Below are positions 53,761 through 62,301 of a DNA stretch of 64,000 bases, in pieces. How positions within the stretch are numbered: position 1 is the first letter of the stretch; each line of letters begins with the position of its first letter. The translations under genes were made by a program, and so were the position numbers. This DNA comes from a virus (Duplodnaviria > Caudoviricetes), in IMG/VR virus record IMGVR_UViG_3300044728_000202, positions 1,515 through 65,514 of that record, one strand, 5' to 3'. The notes beneath the pieces are model-generated. The model saw only the letters and a list, made by a program, of their open reading frames with translations, had not been told where the DNA came from and did not search any database.

Positions 53761-53995
53761 AGATGCCACCCCCCTGCCGCCAGGCAGGGGCCAGGTATCT
53801 AAGCGTGAGCGCAGCGAACTCCGCTTAAGCGCGAGCGAAGCGAGCAAGCAAGGAAAGCGTGAGCGAAGCGAACACATTATGCGCGAGCGAAGCGAGCGCC
53901 GCGCCCCTCGCTGCGCTCGGCCCTCGCTCCCGCTCGCGCCTCGCTGCGCTCGGGCGCCGCGCTGCGCGCCTCGCTCCCGCTCGCCGCGCAGCGCC
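53761..53995. repeat. GC-rich GAGC/CGCT repeat and hairpin region
   Basis: GCGAGCGAAGCGAGC x2, CCTCGCTGCGCTCGG x2, CCTCGCTCCCGCTCGC x2; hairpin 53761-53800. Confidence 0.7.
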
Positions 53996-54041
53996 AAGGG
54001 TGTGCTTGCGCCCCCGGATCTATACTTGCGCAATACTTTGG

Positions 54042-54728
54042 CTAGTCATCCGGCCCGGGTTCGCCCGGATCATGGTCGATTACCGGGCCGCGGCCGTCCT
54101 CGATCGCCGGCCGGATGACGCTGCCCTGCGCCGCTATCTGCTGGAACAGCTGTTGCAACGGCGTATCCATGCCCAGCTGCACGCGCTCGGCAAAGGCGCC
54201 GACCTTGATGTGCTTGCCCAGGAGCTCAAGCCGGCGCGCGCGGTCGACCAGCACCACATCGGTCTGGATCCCGATTTCCGTCGCACGGTCCTTGCCGCGG
54301 CCGTAAAGCTTGGTGGTCCTGATGGTCGACACAAGCCCGCGGCGCCACACCTCCGGCCATTGCGGGACGGGCAAAAGGTCGCCGGCTGCGTCGTAAAGGT
54401 CGCGCGCGTCGGCGTTCACCTCGTCGAGCAAACGGCGCAAAACGAAGTCCGCATCGACCTCGGTTCGGGCGGTCCGCGCAGCCTGGAGCTCAGCAACACG
54501 CAAGCGAACTTTCGAATCTCTTAGGAGGTTAGTGCCCTGAATATCGGCTGACCTGGGGCTGTAGCCGGAACGGCGTGCGGCCGCGCTGGCGTTTAGATCC
54601 TTCAGGTATTCGTGGCAGAAACGCTCGCGCTGTGGGGTTAGCGGCCGGTCGACAGGGGCAGCGTTGCGGCGCCTAGCAAGCCCGCCAGCGAGCGCGGACG
54701 GTTGGGCGGCTGTCTTGGTGCTCGGCAT
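54042..54728 (-). CDS. terS: terminase small subunit
   Basis: LTPQRERFCHEYLKDLNASAAARRSGYS, DADFVLRRL, RLELLGKH. Confidence 0.93.
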   Translation of the reverse strand: MPSTKTAAQPSALAGGLARRRNAAPVDRPLTPQRERFCHEYLKDLNASAAARRSGYSPRSADIQGTNLLRDSKVRLRVAELQAARTARTEVDADFVLRRLLDEVNADARDLYDAAGDLLPVPQWPEVWRRGLVSTIRTTKLYGRGKDRATEIGIQTDVVLVDRARRLELLGKHIKVGAFAERVQLGMDTPLQQLFQQIAAQGSVIRPAIEDGRGPVIDHDPGEPGPDD

Positions 54729-54768
54729 GCTCGGCGTGCGTCCTGTGGGTCGCTGGCCGGCATAGCAC

Positions 54769-54800
54769 AAACGAAAGCGCCCGGCACGAGGCCGGGCGCT
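54769..54800 (-). terminator. rho-independent terminator
   Basis: 10-bp stem AGCGCCCGGC/GCCGGGCGCT followed by a T-rich run (TTCGTTTG) on minus strand. Confidence 0.75.
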
Positions 54801-54821
54801 GTGGTCGGATCCTGGCTGAGC

Positions 54822-54914
54822 TCAGCGGCGGCGGCTGATGCAGAACGAAAAGCACAGGCGCCCGATGCGCACGAAGCGCAGGCCGCCGACGCGCCGCGTC
54901 GAGAGGCGGATCAC
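54822..54914 (-). CDS. 30-aa basic peptide (not in ORF track)
   Basis: MIRLSTRRVGGLRFVRIGRLCFSFCISRRR; GTGA overlap. Confidence 0.55.
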   Translation of the reverse strand: MIRLSTRRVGGLRFVRIGRLCFSFCISRRR

Positions 54915-55759
54915 CCTGCATGCTCCACCATGGGCCAGGCGGTCCGGTCGTGGCTGGCGTTCGATATGATCGCCGTTTCACGTCCAAAACGCTTGGCGGT
55001 CGCGCCGTGCGCCACGATCACCATGCTGACCTTGGCCTTCGCCCGCAGGCCGCCGCAGGCGCGACAGGTGGCGCAATCGGTGCGCTTGCCTGCCTCGGCG
55101 CTGGCCGGACAAACCGCCTCGCGCTTGGCAAGCACGGGCTCGGCCGCGGTCCTGACGCGGAAGGTGCGCCAGCCGCGTGCGTGCGCCTCCTCCAGGTCGC
55201 CGACGCTATCGGCCGACGCCATGCACAGGAAACGGAACGGCGCAAAGCGCCCGTTGCGCCACTGGTGGGTGTAGCCGTTGACGGCCGCCGCCTTGACGGT
55301 GCAACGGCGCCACAGCTGATAAGGCGCCGCCACCGGGTCGCCATACGTGCCCGCCCTGAAGGCGAGGCCGGCAAATAGCTCGGTGAGGATCGCCGGGTCG
55401 TAATCCACGCCCGGGCGGGCATAGCGGCCGCGCTGGTAGGCGCCCCACACGGACATAACGCTGCGCCCCACGTTGACGTAGCAGGTGCGCACGCCATTGG
55501 CGTCCGGCCGGTGCAGGCAATCGCCGCACACGCTCGCATCCAGCCCCAGCCGCAAGGCTGCGATCGGGTCGACGTCGCTGCGAATGATGAAGCTCTGCGT
55601 CATGCGCCCGGTCTTGGCGTTGGCTGACGCCTGGGTGATCTTGTTGACGATCACGACGACGGGGGCGCCGTCGAGCATCGACGGGCCCTCATAAAGCACG
55701 ATGCCGCACCATGTGCCCTTGCGCATGGCCTTGAGCATGTCTGAAGCTGAGCGGATCAC
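54911..55759 (-). CDS. Cys-rich conserved phage protein (possible Fe-S/Zn enzyme)
   Basis: NAKTGRMTQSFI, VCGDCLHR...CYV, RAGTYGDP, GYTHQW, CPAS...CATCRAC. Confidence 0.8.
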   Translation of the reverse strand: MIRSASDMLKAMRKGTWCGIVLYEGPSMLDGAPVVVIVNKITQASANAKTGRMTQSFIIRSDVDPIAALRLGLDASVCGDCLHRPDANGVRTCYVNVGRSVMSVWGAYQRGRYARPGVDYDPAILTELFAGLAFRAGTYGDPVAAPYQLWRRCTVKAAAVNGYTHQWRNGRFAPFRFLCMASADSVGDLEEAHARGWRTFRVRTAAEPVLAKREAVCPASAEAGKRTDCATCRACGGLRAKAKVSMVIVAHGATAKRFGRETAIISNASHDRTAWPMVEHAG

Positions 55760-56292
55760 GAGCGCACCGCCTTTCCGTCGATGCGGATGACCGGGTAAAC
55801 GCCCAAGGTGTCGACCACAGCGATGCGCTTGGCCTTCTCCCAGGTCATGGCGATGACATCAGCCCGGCGGGCGGTATCGAAGCGCCGCGGGCCAGCCTGT
55901 GCGACGCTGCCGTCGACCACAATGACGTAGCGGATGCCACGGGAACCGGGCTCGCGCTTGACGACGGCAATGCCGGCCTCGTGCTCGGCCGCTTCCTCGG
56001 CCGCGAGCTCGGCCTGATAATCGGGCTCCGGCCGGGGCGGCGCCGGCTCGTTGACGGGCCAGGGATATGCCCGGATGTCGAAGCAGGCGTGATCCTGCAG
56101 CATGCAGGTGATGGCAAAAATCGGCGTGCTGTAGCTGCGCGAGCAACCAAAGCCGTCGATGTAAACGTAATAACGGTCCGCCTTGCCCTCGCCCTGGCTG
56201 TCGACCTTGACGGTGACGACCAGATCATTGCGGCGGAAACGCTCGACCTTGTGGTCGCAGGAAACGAGGAAAGTCAGGTTCTCGGTGGTCAT
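55756..56292 (-). CDS. hypothetical protein
   Basis: ATG 56292 below promoter/operator. Confidence 0.7.
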   Translation of the reverse strand: MTTENLTFLVSCDHKVERFRRNDLVVTVKVDSQGEGKADRYYVYIDGFGCSRSYSTPIFAITCMLQDHACFDIRAYPWPVNEPAPPRPEPDYQAELAAEEAAEHEAGIAVVKREPGSRGIRYVIVVDGSVAQAGPRRFDTARRADVIAMTWEKAKRIAVVDTLGVYPVIRIDGKAVRS

Positions 56293-56340
56293 CGGGGTAA
56301 CTCCAAACGGTTGCAGGTCCGGGGCGGCCATCCGCCCCAG

Positions 56341-56374
56341 AAATGTACATAAACACATATCAGCCCGGCGTCAA
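56341..56374 (-). promoter_or_regulatory. operator copy A + promoter
   Basis: AAATGTACATAAACACATAT (56341-56360); TTGACG on minus at 56374-56369. Confidence 0.7.
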
Positions 56375-56610
56375 CGACTATATGGGCCGTGCCATGCCTC
56401 GGCTGCATCAGCGTGCTCGGCGAACATCATTGCCTTGACGCAATCGGCCAGCCTCGAGATCCGCAAGCCCTCGTGCGCACGGTCCTGCTCACGCTCGGCC
56501 TGGAACGCCTCGCAAGCCTCGTGGATCAGCCGATCGTGCAGCCGCGCACGATCGGCGAAACCCATGTCGATCGCCTCGCTCAGCGTCTCGTGAAAGTCGC
56601 GCTTGGCCAT
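56371..56610 (-). CDS. hypothetical protein
   Basis: 79-aa ORF in early small-gene array. Confidence 0.7.
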   Translation of the reverse strand: MAKRDFHETLSEAIDMGFADRARLHDRLIHEACEAFQAEREQDRAHEGLRISRLADCVKAMMFAEHADAAEAWHGPYSR

Positions 56611-56613
56611 TGG

Positions 56614-57060
56614 TCAGAACTCCCCAAGCCCTTCGGCGACATAGTCGGCAACCATGCGGTGCTCGCGCTGTGCCTTGTCGTGCTCGTCATTGAGCTCGGC
56701 GCACCGCGCCGTGGCGCTGTCGTGGGCCAGGTAGCCCGACGCTGCGCGCTTGGTGTGCCGGTCCCAAACCATCCAGCTGCGCGGGTAGCGCAGGACGTGG
56801 AAGCGGGGCAGGCGCAAAGCCGCGACGCGCTCGCGCTCGGCCTTGCGCTGTGCGGCCTTGCTGATGCCGTAGGCGATGCCATCGGCGAACAGCCGGAAGC
56901 TGTCGGCGCCGATGGTGAAGCCGGCGACATGCGTCGACCGGCCGACGGTAAAGATGTGGCCGGTGACATTGCCGCTCGGGCCGGTGATAAATTCCACCGT
57001 GCCCTTGCCGAAACGCGCGTGCAGATCTGCAAGCGCTTCGGTGACGCTGATCGTGTTCAT
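56614..57060 (-). CDS. hypothetical protein
   Basis: ATG 57060, ATGA overlap. Confidence 0.7.
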   Translation of the reverse strand: MNTISVTEALADLHARFGKGTVEFITGPSGNVTGHIFTVGRSTHVAGFTIGADSFRLFADGIAYGISKAAQRKAERERVAALRLPRFHVLRYPRSWMVWDRHTKRAASGYLAHDSATARCAELNDEHDKAQREHRMVADYVAEGLGEF

Positions 57061-57983
57061 TGGTCGTTTTCCTCTTCGGTGTTGAGCTCTGCCGCTTCGG
57101 CGGCCAGTGCTTCGGCTGCTGCTATTCTCAGGTGTTCCAAGCCCCAGTTGCTGGCGCAGATCGGGCCGACGACGGCCGCAACCGAAACCTCGTGACGGAG
57201 CACGATGCCGCAGCAACAACAGGCCTTGAACTTGGTCGCGAACTTGATCGCCTCGCCGGTCGGATCCACCGCCACCGCACGCAATGCCTCGGTGACGTCC
57301 GGGGCATCGCGTCCGGCCAGGAACCGGCCGCCCACGATCTTGCCGCAATAGGCCTTGTCGTCGGTCCGCTTCACGTACAAGGCGCCCGGGTTCTTGCCGC
57401 CCGCCGGCGCCTTGCTGATGGTGATCTCCGTTGTGCGGAATATCGGGCGCTTGGCGATACGCTCGCCGGCCTTGGCAAACAGCGCTTCGATCGCGCTGAT
57501 GTTGTCGATGACCGGCGCCGCCGCCATCCTGGCTGCGGAGCTCTGGGCGACGCGCTCGGCCTTGCCGGCGTCGAGCTTGGCCAGCATGGCGGTGGCCTTC
57601 TCGACATCCCACGGCTTCAAGGTGCCGTAGGTGTCGACCTTGCTGAGCAGGGATTGCGCGTAGTTGTTCCAGCCCTGAATTTCTTCGAGGCGGGCAACCA
57701 ACGCCATCTGGCTGCGCTTTTCGTTCGCCTCGTTCTCATCGCGTGTCGCACGCGCCTTCGAGGCGGCCGCCGATCGCATGCCGACGCGGCCCTTGCCCTT
57801 GCAGCGGAAGCACTCGCCCCACCGCACGCGGCCGGAGCCGCCGCACTTCGGGCAGGCGACAAGCGCCGCCTCGCCGCCGTTGACGATCGATGCACGCTGC
57901 CGGATCTCGGCGTTGCGATCGGCCGGCGTCGCATCCATGTCGTCGCCGAAGTCGAAATTGGTGGGCTCGCGTCCCGCGTTCAT
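57057..57983 (-). CDS. DnaJ-type Zn finger + DUF6011-like protein
   Basis: CPKCGGSG...CFRCKGKG; C-terminal CCCCGIVLRHEVSVAAVVGPICA. Confidence 0.75.
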   Translation of the reverse strand: MNAGREPTNFDFGDDMDATPADRNAEIRQRASIVNGGEAALVACPKCGGSGRVRWGECFRCKGKGRVGMRSAAASKARATRDENEANEKRSQMALVARLEEIQGWNNYAQSLLSKVDTYGTLKPWDVEKATAMLAKLDAGKAERVAQSSAARMAAAPVIDNISAIEALFAKAGERIAKRPIFRTTEITISKAPAGGKNPGALYVKRTDDKAYCGKIVGGRFLAGRDAPDVTEALRAVAVDPTGEAIKFATKFKACCCCGIVLRHEVSVAAVVGPICASNWGLEHLRIAAAEALAAEAAELNTEEENDQ

Positions 57984-58003
57984 GTCCGTATTCCCTTCAA
58001 AAC

Positions 58004-58048
58004 AAATGCACATAAACGCATATATCGCGAGCCCGGCGCCGATGTCAA
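58004..58048 (-). promoter_or_regulatory. operator copy B + promoter
   Basis: AAATGCACATAAACGCATAT (58004-58023); TTGACA on minus at 58048-58043. Confidence 0.7.
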
Positions 58049-58251
58049 GCCTTGCCGGCCGCCTTGTTTACGATGCCGGCCGCCTCGGCCAGGGTGATGG
58101 CAATGCCGGACTTGCGCCGGTCGATTGCTCGGTTGTGCTCGGTGACGAGATCCTGCGCCGTCAGCCAATCGAGGAAGCCGCCCACCGGGCGGCCCTCGCT
58201 GGTGATGATCCTGGCTTCGGCCTTGCTTCGGAATTGCAGCGACCAGGTCAT
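58045..58251 (-). CDS. hypothetical protein
   Basis: ATG 58251, ATGA overlap. Confidence 0.6.
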   Translation of the reverse strand: MTWSLQFRSKAEARIITSEGRPVGGFLDWLTAQDLVTEHNRAIDRRKSGIAITLAEAAGIVNKAAGKA

Positions 58252-58472
58252 GGTCGGTTCCAATATTCGTCGCCGCCGGTGGCGGCGTAGGCTGGTTGCC
58301 CAATCTCCGCCGCCGCGCCGTGGATGTCCTCGCCGCCGGCGACCCATGGCAGGGTGTCGTCGCCGACCATTGCCTCGGCGGCTTCGACCGCGGCCTCGAT
58401 GCTGTCGGCCTCGACCTCGACCTCGACCGTTTGCTCGATGTAGCGTTGCAGGCAGACCCGATATTTGATCAT
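58248..58472 (-). CDS. hypothetical protein
   Basis: MIKYRVCLQRYIEQTVEVEVEADSIEAAVEAA. Confidence 0.65.
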   Translation of the reverse strand: MIKYRVCLQRYIEQTVEVEVEADSIEAAVEAAEAMVGDDTLPWVAGGEDIHGAAAEIGQPAYAATGGDEYWNRP

Positions 58473-58648
58473 TGCACCGGCTCCCATATGCAGAGCAGGC
58501 CGGCAGGCGACGGCTGCACGCTCCAGGTTCCCATGGCGCAATCGTCCTCGGCGCCGACGATGCGGACGCAGGACAACACGAGCAGGACCGCGAGAGCGTA
58601 GGCCGTTGCCGCGATCACGCGGACGTGGCTGAGCGTTTCCGGCTTCAT
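58469..58648 (-). CDS. small membrane/secreted protein
   Basis: Hydrophobic N-terminal helix; ATGA overlaps. Confidence 0.55.
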   Translation of the reverse strand: MKPETLSHVRVIAATAYALAVLLVLSCVRIVGAEDDCAMGTWSVQPSPAGLLCIWEPVQ

Positions 58649-58875
58649 ACCGCCACCCCCATCTTTACCGTGAGCTCGGCGGCATGCGCCTCGTCGCCGC
58701 GGTGCTCCCACCAATGATAATCGGAGCGGTCGGCGCTCTGGTGGATCTCAAACGGGTCCAGCCAGTCGTTGATCTCGACGAACTCGCGACGGTTGCCACG
58801 ATCGTCGTAACGCTTAACCACGACAGCGTCGGGCGGTAGCTTCTGCAGGCGTTCGATTAGTTCCTTGACGGTCAT
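58645..58875 (-). CDS. hypothetical protein
   Basis: MTVKELIERLQKLPPDAVVV, a common phage N-terminus; CAGGAGG RBS. Confidence 0.75.
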   Translation of the reverse strand: MTVKELIERLQKLPPDAVVVKRYDDRGNRREFVEINDWLDPFEIHQSADRSDYHWWEHRGDEAHAAELTVKMGVAV

Positions 58876-58941
58876 GTGATGCGCCTCCTGTGCGCCGGTT
58901 TACCCTACCCTGGCGCCGGCCGGTTGCCGGTCGCCATCGAT

Positions 58942-58961
58942 AAATGTACATAAGCGCATAT
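58942..58961. promoter_or_regulatory. operator copy C
   Basis: AAATGTACATAAGCGCATAT. Confidence 0.7.
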
Positions 58962-58981
58962 TGGGGGAGGCTGCAAGGGGG

Positions 58982-59010
58982 GCGGCGAAAATAGCCGCTG
59001 TTTTCGCCGC
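58982..59010. terminator. inverted repeat, possible terminator
   Basis: GCGGCGAAAA / TTTTCGCCGC. Confidence 0.45.
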
Positions 59011-59143
59011 GCGCCGCGGGCGGCAGGCGAGCGCCTGGGCGCGAGCTCGGCCGCGGGCGGCGCGGGCGGCGCGGGCGCGCAGGCGCTGGCGCGCGCGCCC
59101 GGACGGACGGGTAAGTGTTTGCGGTTACACGCTCACCAAAACG

Positions 59144-59347
59144 CTATTTTGCGATCGGCAGGATCTCAAGCACGTCAGGCGGGGTGAAGCCTGAGATGTC
59201 GCGCTTGCTGAGCTCGGCGCGCATGGCGACGGCCTTCGGGTCTTGCGACGTCAACACCCAATCGGTGAGCTCCTGTAGTGCCCGCGGATCAGGTGATTTC
59301 AGGGTGGCGACAGTGCGGCCGTCATGCATGGTGCGGTAGGGTTTCAC
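59144..59347 (-). CDS. hypothetical protein
   Basis: GTG start after AAGGA. Confidence 0.6.
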   Translation of the reverse strand: MKPYRTMHDGRTVATLKSPDPRALQELTDWVLTSQDPKAVAMRAELSKRDISGFTPPDVLEILPIAK

Positions 59348-59387
59348 GCTGGTTTCCTTCTTGCGGGCGCGGGGGCGGGGTCAACGT

Positions 59388-59540
59388 TTGTCCCCCTGTC
59401 ACCCCCCTCGCGCGCGGGACACAGAGATACATAAGAGACTAGATATATACCCTTTACATATACATACATTATGGGTGACAGGGGGACAATAATACAGAAA
59501 ACATAACAAAAACAAAAACTTATCGATTGTCACCCACTTC
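59388..59540. other. putative replication origin
   Basis: Perfect 17-bp IR 59388-59404/59473-59489 around a largely AT-rich spacer, downstream of the primase gene. Confidence 0.65.
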
Positions 59541-59584
59541 AACGTTGGGGGGCAAAACGGGGGCCAGGGGGCCAGTTCCGCCCC

Positions 59585-62245
59585 TCACTCTGCAAGTTTC
59601 ACGCTGTGAAGCAGTTTGTTGAACGCTTTTGTCGGCGCGTCGATGACAGCTTGCGCCTTGTCCAGCTGCTGTTTGATCTCGCGGGGGTCAGCCTTCGTCC
59701 ACTTCCGCGCAGCCTCGTCAGAGAACGCAAACACCGGCTCGCGATTGTCGTCGCCGCTGCCATAGCGCGTCTTCCAATTCTGTTCCTTCGGCCGCTTGAC
59801 GCCGATCCTGTGCCCCTGCGCGAAGGTGTGCTTCTTGACCATGTCGTCGTAGTCGGTGTTGCGCGTCTGCGCCATGAACCGGGTCAGCGTCACGACCTGC
59901 GACATGCAATAGAGCTCGGTCGCTGTTTCGAGCTTTGCGACCGCCGCCTCCCATGCGTGATCCAGCGCCGTCTTGCCTGCCTCGATCATCAACTCGCGGC
60001 CGCGGAACATCGGCGCCATGTAGGGGTTGAACACGCTGCGGTCCTGCTCCACCGCGCTGTCGCGCAGATAGCGATAGAGCGCGCCGATGTTGGCAGGCAC
60101 CGCCATCCACGCCCGATAATCGGCGATCTGCTCTGCGCTCATTTGCGGGCCGTTCATCAGCACAGCGAAGCGACGGTCAGCGTCGTCCAGCGGCAGCCCG
60201 CTGATGTGGTTGGAGAAGATCAGCGTCGACACCGCGGCGCGCGTGAAATAGGCATCGACGCCCTTCGGCTCGACCCGGAAAGGCACTTCATGGTTGGGCT
60301 CGACGAAGTCCTTCAACGCCTCGCGTGCTGCGTTGCGGCCCGCCCATTTGTGCGCCTCGATCGACGCGGCCTCGTTGACGTGCAGGAGCAGGCGCCCCTC
60401 CACTTCGGCATTGAATTTGCTCCCACCCGATATGTTCGCGTAGGGCATCGACACGACGAACTTCTCGCCAAGCACCATCTGCAGCGTCTGCGCAAGCAGC
60501 CCACGCCCGGCGCCGTTGTCGCGCGCGATCATCGCCACGGCGACCATGCGCCAGTGCGGCTGCTGCACCAGCAATCGCGCCCAGTTCATAAACCATGCAC
60601 GCTCGTCATCCTCGACCAGAAGCCCGCGCATGCGTGTCTCAAAGGGCGCGATCGTGCCGCCGCTGCCCGGATGCACCGGCGCCTGGTAGCGGTTGAGGTA
60701 GCGCAGCCCATCCTCGCGAAAGATCGGCCGTTCGAGCTCCGGCCGCATGCGGATCCCATGCACCTCGATTTGCTCGGGCCGCGCCAGCCAGGTGTCGACC
60801 GGATTGACGCGCGTCACGCCGCCGCGCGGTCCGATCCGGTCGTAGCCGTATTTGACCATGCTCAAGCGCAGCGTCATCAGGCTGACCGGCTTGTAGAATT
60901 CACCGTCGGGGTGGATGCTGACGATGCCTCCCCCGCCGCGGCCGTTGAAGGCGCTGCCATAGTAGGCGATGTTGCCAAGCAGCCAGTCTACCGCATGGTC
61001 GTGCGTCGCCTCGCCGAAGATCGTTCGGTCGATCTCATCCATGCGCACCGACGCCCGCGGCGGTGTCTCCTCAGTGTCGGGCGCCTCTGTCGATTGCGAT
61101 TCCGACGCCGGCTCGGGCTGCAGCGCGGCCAGCACGGCGCGGGTTTCGTCGCTGAGCTCGACCGGCGGCTGCGGCGCCTCGCTCTCCATGTAGTGGCGGC
61201 GGCCGTCCTTGGCCCAGTTGACGACGACGATGCGGCCGGTGATCGACCGATATAGCTTGCAGTTTGCGCTCGACTTCGAGCCCGACAGCGTCGACGCGAG
61301 GCAGCCGTATATGCCGTGCTCGGCGCCCATTGCCAGGCCCGGCGCGAGCTCGCCGATCGTCGCCATGTCGGCGTCCTTCGGATAGAACTCGGTGGCGTCG
61401 GTGAGGTCATAGGACACTTCCCCGCCAGTGTCCTGCGGCTCCGGTATCAGCGTGAGGTGCTTGGCCAGGACGGCGTTGGCGCGGTCGATCAGCGGGCCCG
61501 GGCCCAGCGGCAGCAAGGGAAGGTCAGAGACTTTCGTGTTCCACGGCGCCCGATCGCCGCAATGGTAATCGCGGCCGGGCGAGTGTTCGCCCTCATATTG
61601 GAAGTGCCGGCCCTTCGACAGCGGTCCGTAGATCTCGAGCTTCTGCGGCTCGAGCTTGGCCGTCGCGGCGCGGATCGCAGTGAGGCGAGCTTCATGCTCG
61701 TCGCCGTCGCGTTCCGGCATTGCGTAGGCCGCCGCGAGCTCCGACAGCACTTCCGGGTGGGCGGTGTAGCTGTGCGTCTTGTGGTGGCGGAAAGGGAGCT
61801 CGGTGCGGAAGAACAGCGCCTGCGTCACCGCGCCGCTGTCGCGCATCACCGCGCTGTTGAACGCCTCGGGGTCGACCTCGAAGAAGTCATCGAGCACGAG
61901 GTCGGATATTTCTGCGATCGTGATGTCCGAATCGTAAACGGCCAATTGGCCCTCGACGCGGACGCCGGTGCCGTCCCATTTGAGCCCGCGCCATTCGGCC
62001 AGGGTCTCGATCGCCGTCACCGTGCCGGCGATGCGCGGCCAGTTGTAGCAGCCCTTTTTGTGGTGCGTCGGGATGATTGGCCAGCCGTTGCGCGCGGCAG
62101 CGATGCGATGATCGAACAGTGCATGGGTATTGCGCTTGCGGCGTGATCCGCCTAGTTGTTCCGTCATGTTCTGGTCCTTTTCGGTAAGGGTCGGAGCAAG
62201 TTCTGGTCCTTTTAGGAGGGTCGGAGCAAAGCTTTGCTCCGTCAA
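59585..62245 (-). CDS. primase-polymerase / SF3 (DUF5906-like) helicase; alternative start ATG 62167
   Basis: NGWPIIP prim-pol start; GAGRG P-loop, KFNAEVEGRLLLHVNEA, RVEPKGVDAY, LPLDDADRRF. Confidence 0.85.
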   Translation of the reverse strand: MTEQSFAPTLLKGPELAPTLTEKDQNMTEQLGGSRRKRNTHALFDHRIAAARNGWPIIPTHHKKGCYNWPRIAGTVTAIETLAEWRGLKWDGTGVRVEGQLAVYDSDITIAEISDLVLDDFFEVDPEAFNSAVMRDSGAVTQALFFRTELPFRHHKTHSYTAHPEVLSELAAAYAMPERDGDEHEARLTAIRAATAKLEPQKLEIYGPLSKGRHFQYEGEHSPGRDYHCGDRAPWNTKVSDLPLLPLGPGPLIDRANAVLAKHLTLIPEPQDTGGEVSYDLTDATEFYPKDADMATIGELAPGLAMGAEHGIYGCLASTLSGSKSSANCKLYRSITGRIVVVNWAKDGRRHYMESEAPQPPVELSDETRAVLAALQPEPASESQSTEAPDTEETPPRASVRMDEIDRTIFGEATHDHAVDWLLGNIAYYGSAFNGRGGGGIVSIHPDGEFYKPVSLMTLRLSMVKYGYDRIGPRGGVTRVNPVDTWLARPEQIEVHGIRMRPELERPIFREDGLRYLNRYQAPVHPGSGGTIAPFETRMRGLLVEDDERAWFMNWARLLVQQPHWRMVAVAMIARDNGAGRGLLAQTLQMVLGEKFVVSMPYANISGGSKFNAEVEGRLLLHVNEAASIEAHKWAGRNAAREALKDFVEPNHEVPFRVEPKGVDAYFTRAAVSTLIFSNHISGLPLDDADRRFAVLMNGPQMSAEQIADYRAWMAVPANIGALYRYLRDSAVEQDRSVFNPYMAPMFRGRELMIEAGKTALDHAWEAAVAKLETATELYCMSQVVTLTRFMAQTRNTDYDDMVKKHTFAQGHRIGVKRPKEQNWKTRYGSGDDNREPVFAFSDEAARKWTKADPREIKQQLDKAQAVIDAPTKAFNKLLHSVKLAE
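62222..62241. repeat. perfect 20-bp palindrome next to a ~31-bp tandem duplication
   Basis: CGGAGCAAAGCTTTGCTCCG; duplication 62169-62200/62201-62231. Confidence 0.8.
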
Positions 62246-62301
62246 TCAGGGTTGGTGGGCGAGCTCTTTGAGGCCGGAGGCGCTGAAATCGCCTTCGGCC
62301 T

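Noticed and set aside
53761-53995. CRISPR array
   Set aside because: Repeats are short, irregular and lack unique spacers; no cas genes (DUF2800 is a routine phage Cas4-like nuclease)
53672-54118. ORF on + strand over the repeat block
   Set aside because: Translation is a by-product of the repeats and overlaps terS antisense
54974-54989. Second parS
   Set aside because: Only 10 bp (CGTTTCACGT) match, not palindromic, inside a CDS
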